The translations under genes were made by a program, and so were the position numbers. The notes under the pieces are model-generated. The model did no database searches, had not been told where the DNA came from, and worked only from the letters and a program-made list of their open reading frames with translations. From Bacteroidales bacterium (lineage in GTDB: Bacteria; Bacteroidota; Bacteroidia; Bacteroidales; VadinHA17), in contig PLLX01000182.1 of NCBI GenBank assembly GCA_003141415.1, forward strand, positions 22,606 to 86,605: DNA of 64,000 nucleotides. Direction: 5' to 3'. This document shows, one piece after another, positions 30,783 to 39,864 of this stretch. The first letter of the stretch is position 1. The number at the start of each line of letters is the position of its first letter.

Positions 30783-30964
30783 TTTCCTTTTCCCTTTATT
30801 TCATTCATCAGATCTTCGAGATAGTCAGTCTGAATCTCCTGTATCTCAAGTAGTTTTTTATTCTGGTGAACAATCATGTGATCAATTTTTTCACTCAATA
30901 GTTTTATTTCAAGCTCGGCTTTAAGATTAATTTTATAATCATTTTCACCCCGTAATCTGTCCTT
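30779..30964 (-). pseudogene. 5'-truncated DUF1003-family remnant
   Basis: ..GENDYKINLKAELEIKLLSEKIDHMIVHQNKKLLEIQEIQ.. matches the DUF1003 C-terminal coiled region. The frame opens 11 nt after the VIT1 stop with no start codon or TM part. Its TGA overlaps the receptor ATG (ATGA). Confidence 0.55.
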
Positions 30965-30975
30965 TTATATTTCAA

Positions 30976-31671
30976 CTAAAACAGGTTATTAAATGCTTTT
31001 GCAACCATAAACGCCGCCGCTGCAGCAGTTATACCGATCAGTGTAACTTTTATTGCTCCCCGCAAAAGTGGTTGCCCTGTAACCTTGCTTTTAAAGTAGC
31101 CAAAAAGGAACAAACATATCACAGTCAATAGAGCTGAAATCTTTAATCCCTGTATAGGTGTTTGTGTAAAAAAGTATCCTGTTAATGGAATTAAACCACC
31201 AATTATGTATGATATGCCTATTGTAGCAGCACTATTCCTTGCCCTGTTCATATTCGGTTTTTCCAGCCCCAATTCGTATTTCATCATAAAATCAACCCAT
31301 TTATCTTTGTCCTTTGCCAGTTCATCGGCAATTGTATTTTGAGTTAATTCATTCAGCCCATATTGCGCAAAAACGAGCTTTACCTCTTTCTTTTCTTCTT
31401 CAGGGATCTCATCCACTTCATCGTATTCCCTTTTCAGTTCAGACTCATAATGTTCCTGCTCGGTTTTTCCTGCCAGGTAACCGCCCAAACCCATAGCGAT
31501 GCTTCCTGCAACAATTTCTGCAATGCCTGCTGTGATAACAATTGAATTGTGCTGAACCGCACCGCTTAATCCTGCTGCCAGCGCAAACGGGACAGTCAAT
31601 CCATCAGACATTCCGATTACAATATCTGTTATGAAATCTGAACTTCGCAGATGTTCTTCTTTATGGGTCAT
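30976..31671 (-). CDS. VIT1/CCC1-family iron/manganese transporter
   Basis: ..DIVIGMSDGLTVPFALAAGLSGA.., an acidic cytoplasmic loop (EVDEIPEEEKKE), and C-terminal TM segments. 231 aa. Stops at TAG. Confidence 0.85.
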   Translation of the reverse strand: MTHKEEHLRSSDFITDIVIGMSDGLTVPFALAAGLSGAVQHNSIVITAGIAEIVAGSIAMGLGGYLAGKTEQEHYESELKREYDEVDEIPEEEKKEVKLVFAQYGLNELTQNTIADELAKDKDKWVDFMMKYELGLEKPNMNRARNSAATIGISYIIGGLIPLTGYFFTQTPIQGLKISALLTVICLFLFGYFKSKVTGQPLLRGAIKVTLIGITAAAAAFMVAKAFNNLF

Positions 31672-31706
31672 TTTAATAGTTGCTATTATCTGATTTTATT
31701 ATGAGT

Positions 31707-33212
31707 TTATCTGTTACTGACAATTGAAATCGAGGGCTTTTCAACCAGATATACGATCCCAAGAAAGATCAGAAGCAGGATTGTATGAAACCCTATCCGG
31801 AGTACTGACAATTCAGGTTTGATAACGGAACTGACCGCATACAGGAGAACTGAAAGCCCAAGGTAACCGGCAAACTTTACCAGGTTATATTTTACAGGGA
31901 AATATTTTTGACCGATCAGGTAGGAGAGGATCATCATAGACCCGTAGCAAATGAAAGTTGCCCAGGCTGAACCATAATATCCGTAAATAAGATGATCTGA
32001 ACTTAGCGGTATCCACCAGAAGTTCAGCACAAGTGTAATAACAGCGCCAACCAGAGAAAGCCAGGCCCCCCAGGATGTTTTGGCAGTAAGCTTATACCAG
32101 ATCGAAAGATTATAATAGACTCCGAGAAAAAGGTTTGCCATCATTAAAACAGGGATCACTCCTTTCCCTTCCCAATACTTTTCCCCAACAAGAACCGGCA
32201 TAATAAAATCATCAAGAAAAAGCATGGTGACCAGGAAGATCAGAGAAACAGTAATAATGAAATAGTCCATAATCCTGGCATAGACCTCTTTGGCATCTTT
32301 TTCCTTTGCCTGGGCAAAGAAGAAAGGTTCGGCTGCATACTTGTAAGCCTGAATAAATATTGTCATCAGGATGGAGATCTTGTAACATGCAGCGTAAATA
32401 CCGACCTGGTAAGAAGCAATGTCTTTTGGTAATAAATAGCGTAGCAAAAGCCGGTCAAAGGTTTCATTTACAACTCCGGCCATTCCTGCAAAAAGCAGCG
32501 GGAATGCATAAAGCAGCATTCTTTTCCACAAATCAGGGTGTATTTTCCACCGGACAACAGAAATCTGAGGTAAGAGCATGACAAGGGTCAGGCTGCTGGC
32601 TATAAGGTTTGAAATAAAAATATATTCAATCCCCCAGTGCGGCCGATAGATTAATGAAATAAATCTTCCGGGAAGAGTTCCTGAATAATGTTTTATAATG
32701 AAGGGACATAAAAGGAGGAAGAAGAGGTTAAGAACAATATTGACAGTTATATTGGTCATTTTAATCCAGGCAAAACGGGCCGGTCTGTTTTGTGCGCGGA
32801 GATATGCAAAAGGTATAGCCGAAGTTGCATCAAGGGCAAGGATCCAGGCAAACCAGATTACATATTCTCTGTGATCAGGATATTCGATCCACCGAGCCAC
32901 ATCTCCGGCAGAGAATGAAACCATAATCAGGAACAGGAGAGATGAAATTATAAGTGAAATCATCCCTGTGCTGAACACTTTCTCAAGATCCTTCTCATGT
33001 TCGTTAAACCGGAAAAAAGCAGTTTCCATCCCATAAGTAAGGATAACCATAAAGAAGTAGGCATAGGAATAGAATACATTAACCGTACCATATTCTCCGG
33101 GAAGGAATACACGGGTATACAGAGGAACCAGCAGATAACCAAGAATTCGGCCCAGAACACTTGGAATACCGTAAATGGCAGTCTGTCCGGCCAGGCGTTT
33201 GATAGCTGTCAT
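31707..33212 (-). CDS. Polysaccharide/oligosaccharide flippase (MOP superfamily, Wzx-like)
   Basis: 501 aa that is almost entirely hydrophobic helices (about 12-14 TM). The N-terminal ..AGQTAIYGIPSVLGRILGYLLVPLYT.. is typical of Wzx-like proteins. Confidence 0.75.
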   Translation of the reverse strand: MTAIKRLAGQTAIYGIPSVLGRILGYLLVPLYTRVFLPGEYGTVNVFYSYAYFFMVILTYGMETAFFRFNEHEKDLEKVFSTGMISLIISSLLFLIMVSFSAGDVARWIEYPDHREYVIWFAWILALDATSAIPFAYLRAQNRPARFAWIKMTNITVNIVLNLFFLLLCPFIIKHYSGTLPGRFISLIYRPHWGIEYIFISNLIASSLTLVMLLPQISVVRWKIHPDLWKRMLLYAFPLLFAGMAGVVNETFDRLLLRYLLPKDIASYQVGIYAACYKISILMTIFIQAYKYAAEPFFFAQAKEKDAKEVYARIMDYFIITVSLIFLVTMLFLDDFIMPVLVGEKYWEGKGVIPVLMMANLFLGVYYNLSIWYKLTAKTSWGAWLSLVGAVITLVLNFWWIPLSSDHLIYGYYGSAWATFICYGSMMILSYLIGQKYFPVKYNLVKFAGYLGLSVLLYAVSSVIKPELSVLRIGFHTILLLIFLGIVYLVEKPSISIVSNR

Positions 33213-33239
33213 GCTGTCAAAGATAAATAAAAGAGAGAA

Positions 33240-33479
33240 TTATTTTTCCCCTTTGGTTTTTAATTGTGCATTTTCCAGGTTTACTTTTGCACCATATTTG
33301 ACAATTTTTGTAAGGAGCTGAAATGGTACGGGCTTGTCGAAAAGGATTTTTATTGCTGATTTCGATTTTGACAATTCGAAGGGTTTTAATTCTTCTTTAA
33401 AGCTTTCTAATATATGAGGGCGTATAAAGATTGAATAATGATTTTTAAATGCTGCATACCAAACCAGCTTTCCATGAAA
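33240..33479 (-). pseudogene. 5'-truncated DUF1801 (YdhG-like) remnant
   Basis: FHGKLVWYAAFKNHYSIFIRPHILESFKEELKPFELSKSKSAIKILFDKPVPFQLLTKIVKY.. parallels the intact DUF1801 gene at 52087-52464. It is preceded directly by TGA, with no start codon. Confidence 0.6.
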
Positions 33480-33624
33480 TCAATCTAACCTTAGAATCAA
33501 AACAAAAAATAATATCAAAATATTCGATATCAAATTTGATTTTTAATAAACCTCTGGGATGATTCCCATTCACTTTTGATGCTTGAATTTCGGTGTTTTC
33601 GGGTAACTTCAATAGTTTTAAAAA

Positions 33625-34500
33625 CTAATCCATATTCATCATCTCCAGAACAATCTTCCAATCGGTTCCGGGATGTCTTTTCCATATCCTCACATAATGT
33701 CCTTTTGTCCCTTTTGTGTCACCAGGGATTTCAAGCAGACCATATGTGAAGCCTATTTCACCTGAGGAGGCTGCGCCTGAACCGACTGATTTCCAGGCAA
33801 GTTTTTTATCCAAATGAGCGATCAGGATGTTAATTGTATCAGTATTTGTGGTTGGGAGGTGTCCATTGAGTTGTACCCTTGCTTTCGGTGCAAGAAAAGA
33901 AGTGTAAGCGGTTGATTGGGGACTTTTTTCCCATTCAGCGAGAAATTGCTTTTCACAGTCCAATAATTCTTTGCAAGATAACTCGACTTTTATCACCGGT
34001 GGATTAGAGACGACTTTATCAGATCCGACTGGAAATGAAAAACTGTGCACGACATTTTTCAGGGGTGGGGTTGTTGATCCACCATCCAGGATAACCTTCC
34101 ATGCACCATCGGATTGTTTCTTCCAGACAGTAAGAAAATATCCGGTAAAAAGGGGAGGAGTATTCGGACGATACTCCTGAGCTTCCCAGGGACCGGTGCT
34201 GATTCCAAAATCTCGGCTATCAGAAATATCCATAAATTCAGGTTCCCATTTCAACACGACAGGAGAGGCTTTCCGGTCTTTCGAAAACTGTTTCCCGTTG
34301 GTTACCCACTTATCTGTGAAGATGACCGATTCGTCTGCAAAGTTCTGTACGAAAGCTGCATTGCGTCCAAGCATGACTGATTCGCGGGCAAAGTTACGTT
34401 CAGCTTCTCTCATGCTGAAGAGAGCGGAACTGCTGTCGGGTTCCTGGGCCATGGCAGATGAAGACAGAAAAAGCAGGAGAGGAAGAAGATTTAATTTCAT
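33625..34500 (-). CDS. Secreted protein with tandem SnoaL/DUF4440-like (NTF2-fold) domains
   Basis: Signal peptide. Two segments end in ..GYFLTVWKKQSDGAWKVILD.. and ..GHYVRIWKRHPGTDWKIVLE.., as in DUF4440 domains. Confidence 0.55.
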   Translation of the reverse strand: MKLNLLPLLLFLSSSAMAQEPDSSSALFSMREAERNFARESVMLGRNAAFVQNFADESVIFTDKWVTNGKQFSKDRKASPVVLKWEPEFMDISDSRDFGISTGPWEAQEYRPNTPPLFTGYFLTVWKKQSDGAWKVILDGGSTTPPLKNVVHSFSFPVGSDKVVSNPPVIKVELSCKELLDCEKQFLAEWEKSPQSTAYTSFLAPKARVQLNGHLPTTNTDTINILIAHLDKKLAWKSVGSGAASSGEIGFTYGLLEIPGDTKGTKGHYVRIWKRHPGTDWKIVLEMMNMD

Positions 34501-34524
34501 AAAGATCTTCTATATATCAGTTTA

Positions 34525-35325
34525 TCAGCTCTTCCCGGGTATATAGAAATCTTCCTTTTTAAGATTGCACTTTTTTGCTACTGACTTGCTATAAGCCAGT
34601 CTCCCCGCATTCTGATTCCGTGAATCTGAACCAAAGGTAAATTTCAAACCCTGAGCCTTAGCCATAATTATAAATTTATCGTGCGGAGTATGGGCCATGT
34701 CGTTTATCTCAATGGCAATATTTCTTTTTTTTGCTGCCGAAATTATCTGCTGCATACGTTCCTGAGTCCATAAAGTGTAGTAATCACGGGCTATGCAAAC
34801 CGGAAGAAATAGAGGCCAGCCAAAAATGTTGATTGGCTGATTGTTGAGAACCTCCATCGAATAAGCCATATAACGCTTCATAAACTCTTCAGTATCTTCC
34901 ACATAAGTATCAAATTGCCATATTGACAAGGTTTCTCCGTTTCCCATTGGTACTCGTTGAGGGTCCATTAATACATAATCGATTTGGGATAAAAGTTCCG
35001 GAGAAAAGCGTTTAGTCCATTCCAGATCGATTGGTTGCAAACCAATGTAAACCGGGTATTTTCGCAGTTTATCGATATATTTTCTTAAGTCGGCATCGTT
35101 GCTGATAGCCCAGTCTGCAGGATGGTCCAATATTCCGAATTTAACATTTCTTGTTTTGGCAATTTCCATCATCCTTTCTATTGTATAATCATTTGTCAGA
35201 TGGACATGCAGATCAATAAGTGGGAAATCAAATTCTTCCGGTGCCTTTGCATTGGCTAAATGTGGTGACATAATTATCATTCCACCGGCCAGACCGGCAT
35301 TTTTAATAAAAGTACGTCGTTCCAT
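34525..35325 (-). CDS. Tat-exported metal-dependent hydrolase (PHP/amidohydrolase-like)
   Basis: Twin-arginine signal MERRTFIKNAGLAGG...ANA, followed by ..IDLHVHLT.. and further His/Asp ligand-like positions. Confidence 0.55.
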   Translation of the reverse strand: MERRTFIKNAGLAGGMIIMSPHLANAKAPEEFDFPLIDLHVHLTNDYTIERMMEIAKTRNVKFGILDHPADWAISNDADLRKYIDKLRKYPVYIGLQPIDLEWTKRFSPELLSQIDYVLMDPQRVPMGNGETLSIWQFDTYVEDTEEFMKRYMAYSMEVLNNQPINIFGWPLFLPVCIARDYYTLWTQERMQQIISAAKKRNIAIEINDMAHTPHDKFIIMAKAQGLKFTFGSDSRNQNAGRLAYSKSVAKKCNLKKEDFYIPGKS

Positions 35326-35679
35326 TTTCTTTGTTTTTAGTTGATATAATAATTGTGCAGATTACACAAAACAAAATTTTAGCATATACCTCTCAGTTCC
35401 GGATAAGTCATTACCTTTATTTTCATCTCTTCATTCAAAATTAAACTATTTCTCCCTGGAAATCAATGATCAGGAAGAATTTGTTTGCATTATTATAAAC
35501 AGAACCTTTATTTTAATTGCCACCAATCACTTCTTTTCCCTGGTAAAAGTGAGTGCATCAAAATATTTGCCATGCTTTTTATTGGCTCGGTTCCGGATTA
35601 CCCACGCGCCGTAAGTTAGAATATTCATTGACATTATGATTATTGATTGGATTTAGAACGGCCTCAGAGAATTTCTGAA

Positions 35680-35742
35680 CTAGTCTTTTACCGGTTCCTG
35701 GTATAACCCGAAAATATTCCCGGCCGGGTCATTGAATCTGCA
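35680..35742 (-). pseudogene. Tiny C-terminal remnant of a VOC/glyoxalase-family gene
   Basis: CRFNDPAGNIFGLYQEPVKD* is the typical last strand of VOC proteins. A TAA sits immediately upstream in frame. Confidence 0.35.
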
Positions 35743-35861
35743 TTAAGAGTCGGACTATATAACAAAATTGTCGAACATTTGTTGATAGATTTCACTCTCA
35801 GCAATAAATTCGTTAAGCCGTTTAATCTTTATGGTTTCCTGCTTCGCACTCATTGTCCTGT

Positions 35862-36110
35862 TTATTGAAAGTCTTCCGATAATTTGACATTTTCTCTCTC
35901 ATAAGAGTAAATTTTAGATTTATTTTCATCTCTTGAATTGAAAATTGTCAATCCAGATGGTTTCATTAGTCCAGGCTTAGTTAATTCTTCTACCTTTCTG
36001 ATATTGACTGTACTCCAGATGCCCTTAGGTTTTCGTGGTGTGAAATGAATAAAATAGTTGTTATTACCAATTGATTTGGGAACTGGATATCTATTGCATA
36101 TCCAGTCATT
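35862..36110 (-). pseudogene. YdeI/OmpD-associated-family remnant truncated at both ends
   Basis: NDWICNRYPVPKSIGNNNYFIHFTPRKPKGIWSTVNIRKVEELTKPGLMKPSGLTIFNSRDENKSKIYSYE.. matches the YdeI core. A TAA lies directly upstream, there is no start codon, and the C-terminal half is missing. Confidence 0.5.
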
Positions 36111-36227
36111 TTATTTTATTGTTTAACGCTTGAATGACAAGTATTACAGTTTATTTAACCAAGTGTTTTATTCTGGTAGAGGATTAACTTTGCTTACTTT
36201 TTGAAATTGCAAAAATATTTACTGACC

Positions 36228-37322
36228 TTATTTTGAAATTGCCATCCCAACAAATGAATCTGCTGTTCCATAATACAGATACCATTTCTCATGAAAATGG
36301 ACCAACCCTTCTGAAAAAGTTGTTCCTGATTTATATTGCCCTGAAAGTTCGTGAGGCAATGTTGGTTTCAACAAACATGTGTCAGAACGTGAAATTGTCT
36401 TTTCAGGATTACTAATATCAAAAACCACCTTTCCCACTGAGTAGGTTCCTTTTGGTACCTTGATCTCAGAATCTTCACCATCAGAATTTTTCCCATTATA
36501 GAATAACACAATTCCTTCATCAGTAATCAATGCAGGTGGTCCGCATTCGGTAAGGCTACTGTCAAATTTGTTCTTTCTTGGACTGATTACAGCTTTAAGT
36601 TCTCCTTTTTCATCCAGCGATGGATACCAGTCAATAAGATTATCAGACCATGCAAGATTCACAAAATTCTCTCCCCAGTACATCCCGTATTTTCCATTAA
36701 TTTTTACTGCAACCTGATGATCTCCGACCATTTTTGTAATAATCGAACCTGATTTTGACCATATGTCAAGGAACTTACCATTATATGCTTTTGCAAATGC
36801 CGGTCCCTTCTTTTCCCAATGCACCAGGTCCTTTGAGACTGCAATGCTTAATCGGGCAATTTTATAATTCCATGAAGTATAAGCCAGCACATACAAACTA
36901 TCTTCTGTCTGAACTATCCTGGGATCTTCACATCCTCCGGGCCAATCGTACTTCATAAATTCGCTGCTGTCGGGATACAGAACCGGCGTTGGATATTTTG
37001 TAAAATGAATACCATCTTCACTATAAGCCAGACCAATTCTGGAAGTCCGGCCTCCGAGAATTGCAGCCGGATTATCTTCACTACGGTATAATAAATAAAC
37101 TTTATTGTTTTTCACGATGGCAGCAGGGTTAAAAACATCTGCTTTCTGCCATTTGACTATTTCTTTTTTTATCGGATCGACAAATGTGAATGTTGAATCG
37201 GCTTTTAGTACCGGGTTTTCAACCGGCTTATAAAAGGATCGAAAATCCCATTTTATAGATTGAGGACTACTGCATCCAAATGTCAGTAGTAAGAACAAGA
37301 AATATACAGCTATTTTTTTCAT
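36228..37322 (-). CDS. Glycoside hydrolase family 130 lipoprotein (beta-mannoside-acting family)
   Basis: Lipoprotein signal (LLTFGCSS). ..DVFNPAAIVKNNKVYLLYRSED..RIGLAYSEDGIHF..GGCEDPRIV.. are typical of GH130/DUF377 propellers. Confidence 0.8.
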   Translation of the reverse strand: MKKIAVYFLFLLLTFGCSSPQSIKWDFRSFYKPVENPVLKADSTFTFVDPIKKEIVKWQKADVFNPAAIVKNNKVYLLYRSEDNPAAILGGRTSRIGLAYSEDGIHFTKYPTPVLYPDSSEFMKYDWPGGCEDPRIVQTEDSLYVLAYTSWNYKIARLSIAVSKDLVHWEKKGPAFAKAYNGKFLDIWSKSGSIITKMVGDHQVAVKINGKYGMYWGENFVNLAWSDNLIDWYPSLDEKGELKAVISPRKNKFDSSLTECGPPALITDEGIVLFYNGKNSDGEDSEIKVPKGTYSVGKVVFDISNPEKTISRSDTCLLKPTLPHELSGQYKSGTTFSEGLVHFHEKWYLYYGTADSFVGMAISK

Positions 37323-37412
37323 AAGTTTAATTTGTTTAAAATGTTAAATTACTATCATTGATTTTCAAGCAATTTGGATTTTTTCATTTATAATTCCCGA
37401 TACTCATTTAAT

Positions 37413-38975
37413 TTATTTATTAATTTTAATGTTTTCCGGAGTATTCATCCAATATTTTTCATTACCACTATATTTTGATAAGCAATTTTTTTCCAGCGGT
37501 AAATATTGCATGTAGCAGCTGTCTTTTAATGGCAGAGGTTTATTATACTCCTGCACAAAGAGCTCTCTGTACTGATAAAGTTCTATGGATTTTCGTTTAT
37601 CGAGAATATTACCATTTACATCTTTGATATTCCGGACAGTAACCCGGACTGAATCCAATCCATTCTTAAGATCATTATCTTTTAATCTGATGTATAAGTG
37701 CTTCCCGGTGACCTGAATATGATCAATTTTTACTGCTTTTTTGCCGACCATTATTTCATAGTGCTCTTTTCTTGATGCAGATACCGGATCAATCATGTTA
37801 TTTAAATAAAGAACCACTGTTGATTTTAAATTGGTTTGAGTATCCAGATATGAGTCCATCACTCTGAAGTAAGTATTATCATCTGAGTCCATCACATTGA
37901 AAATATTGTTGAAAGAAATATATTTAAGGCACATTAAAGAGTCATCGGAATTCTCGTAACCATATTCAACATCAATATTGAACATTTTCTTTAAGCCCTC
38001 TCCTTTATTCTTGTAAAAACAGGAATACTCGAGTTTATGAATTGAATAATCTTTCGGCTGAATAAAGATGGCGCCTGAAGCCTGTAAAGAGTCACCGGTT
38101 AGCCTGTACTTTGCTTCGAAATCAATCTTATAGAGCAACAAATTATTATCAAAAACACTTACGGGTTCTGAAAAACTATGATTCATGATAAAATCAGTCG
38201 AAAAGGTTTCAACAAAAGAGAATGATCTTATGTTGAAATTCCGGATAGCATCGTGAACCATCAGAATGAATAGTTCATTGCCGTACTGGTCACCAAGGAT
38301 TGCATCCGGAATTGTTTTATTGGAATTATTTGAATCGTGGGAATCAGATAATCCATAGTAAGGAGAAATATTCATTCTGGGGAAGTCTGTATTTTTTCTA
38401 AAATCAAGCAGCCTGTATTTATTAGATATGGATTCTGAATTGAATCCATTGTCAAGTGTCTGAATAATTGCTTCATTAAGATTTATATAATTATTTTCTT
38501 TTTTTTGATAATCCCTGTAATACGCAATATAACTGTATGGGTTTACAGGATAATTATTTATAATTCTTCTTATTGCTTTCCTGATAATTGCGGCCCCACT
38601 TAATCTGGCTCGTGAAGCTATAACCTTCACCTCGCCAAGATCATAAACCATTGGAGTCAGGAAGATCTTATTCGAGGTCTTATCACTTAAATCTTTAAAA
38701 GCCAGAGACCTCTGCTTAAACCCGATACATGTTACAATTAAACTATCATTCTGGAATTCAGGATTTTGAGCTACTTTAAAATCACCTTCAGCATTTGCGT
38801 AAACGCCCAGTTGATTGTATTTAAGCTTGATTGTTGCAAATGGCACGGGAGCAGACGTAGTTGAATTGATAACTTTACCGTCGATGTAATCAACTAACTG
38901 CGGATAAAGAAGGATTGAATTTGTCTGCCAGATTAAGAAAATGGAGATAAGAAGAAGTCTTAAATTAGTGACCAT
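37413..38975 (-). CDS. Carboxypeptidase-regulatory-like (CarbopepD_reg) domain protein, remainder uncharacterised
   Basis: ..IDGKVINSTTSAPVPFATIKLKYNQLGVYANAEGDFKV..IVTCIGFKQRSL.. The ATG at 38975 is preferred over the TTG at 39002. Confidence 0.65.
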   Translation of the reverse strand: MVTNLRLLLISIFLIWQTNSILLYPQLVDYIDGKVINSTTSAPVPFATIKLKYNQLGVYANAEGDFKVAQNPEFQNDSLIVTCIGFKQRSLAFKDLSDKTSNKIFLTPMVYDLGEVKVIASRARLSGAAIIRKAIRRIINNYPVNPYSYIAYYRDYQKKENNYINLNEAIIQTLDNGFNSESISNKYRLLDFRKNTDFPRMNISPYYGLSDSHDSNNSNKTIPDAILGDQYGNELFILMVHDAIRNFNIRSFSFVETFSTDFIMNHSFSEPVSVFDNNLLLYKIDFEAKYRLTGDSLQASGAIFIQPKDYSIHKLEYSCFYKNKGEGLKKMFNIDVEYGYENSDDSLMCLKYISFNNIFNVMDSDDNTYFRVMDSYLDTQTNLKSTVVLYLNNMIDPVSASRKEHYEIMVGKKAVKIDHIQVTGKHLYIRLKDNDLKNGLDSVRVTVRNIKDVNGNILDKRKSIELYQYRELFVQEYNKPLPLKDSCYMQYLPLEKNCLSKYSGNEKYWMNTPENIKINK

Positions 38976-39054
38976 ACTATTTGATATTAAAATCGGATAC
39001 AATAAAAATACAAAATCCTGAATAAATATTTAATAAATATCTGAATACTATTTT

Positions 39055-39861
39055 CTAAAGCTGGAAATTCAGCATTATTATATACGACACCCTTACAGCA
39101 GTTCCCCGCTGCTTACCCGGGGTCCATTTTGGAGAAGACATAACTGCTTTTAAAGCTTCATCATTTATTAGCGGGTCAACTCCCTTAACTACTTTCCCGT
39201 TTGTTACGGAACCATCTCTCTCTACAATAAAAGTAACGTAGACTTTTCCCTGTATCCCGTTAATGGTTGCAATTTCGGGATATTTAGTCTTTTTCTGAAC
39301 CCATTCACGAAATTTGTTAATATCGCCTCCCTTGAACTTTGGCATTTCGTCAACAGCAGAAAATAATCCGTTACCACCACTTCCGTTTCCCCCGTTTCCC
39401 CCACCTCCTTCTGATAGAGTGCCTGTACCTTTTCCAGATCCATTTATTGTCTCCTGACCGGTTAAAGCACCGGGTATCGAGTCTACAGTTAAATCCGTTA
39501 GTTTTTCAGGAACGGGTATTGAATCCACTACTTTTGGAGCAACATATTTGGCTACCGGTGCGGCAATTCTTGCGTCAGGCACGGTTTGCGGAGGAGCAGG
39601 GGAAGCCGGTAGCTGAGGCAGTCCTGCGGGTTCATCAGGCGGCTTCATGTTTTCCATGGTGATATAAACCGAATTATGTATCTCTTTACTTTTTTCATGA
39701 GGAATCATATAGAATGGTATTAAAATGGCTGCAGATCCTAAAATGCAGGCTGCTACGATAGCCACAATAACAGTCCGGTTGTAGCTTTTTCTCAAGAAAT
39801 AGGCACCATATTTCTTATTGAATTTTTCAAAGATAATATCATCAAAATCGGGTATCGGCAT
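39055..39861 (-). CDS. Energy transducer TonB
   Basis: N-terminal anchor, Pro-rich spacer (PPDEPAGLPQLPASPAPPQTVP), Gly-rich tract, and C-terminal TonB_C (..MPKFKGG..GIQGKVYVTFIVERDGSVTN..). 3-bp gap to the upstream gene. Confidence 0.85.
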   Translation of the reverse strand: MPIPDFDDIIFEKFNKKYGAYFLRKSYNRTVIVAIVAACILGSAAILIPFYMIPHEKSKEIHNSVYITMENMKPPDEPAGLPQLPASPAPPQTVPDARIAAPVAKYVAPKVVDSIPVPEKLTDLTVDSIPGALTGQETINGSGKGTGTLSEGGGGNGGNGSGGNGLFSAVDEMPKFKGGDINKFREWVQKKTKYPEIATINGIQGKVYVTFIVERDGSVTNGKVVKGVDPLINDEALKAVMSSPKWTPGKQRGTAVRVSYIIMLNFQL

Positions 39862-39864
39862 CTT

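Noticed and set aside
10865-37322. Canonical polysaccharide utilisation locus around GH78, GH97 or GH130
   Set aside because: No SusC/SusD-like pair or hybrid two-component/ECF-anti-sigma regulator lies next to any of these hydrolases. The only TonB-dependent receptor (28632-30782) is of the small siderophore-like type and is flanked by iron-related genes.
39339-39470. Gly/Asn-rich low-complexity tract (..GGGGNGGNGSGGNG..) as a separate repeat feature
   Set aside because: It lies in frame within the linker of the TonB protein, between the Pro-rich spacer and the C-terminal domain. Such linkers are normal for TonB.
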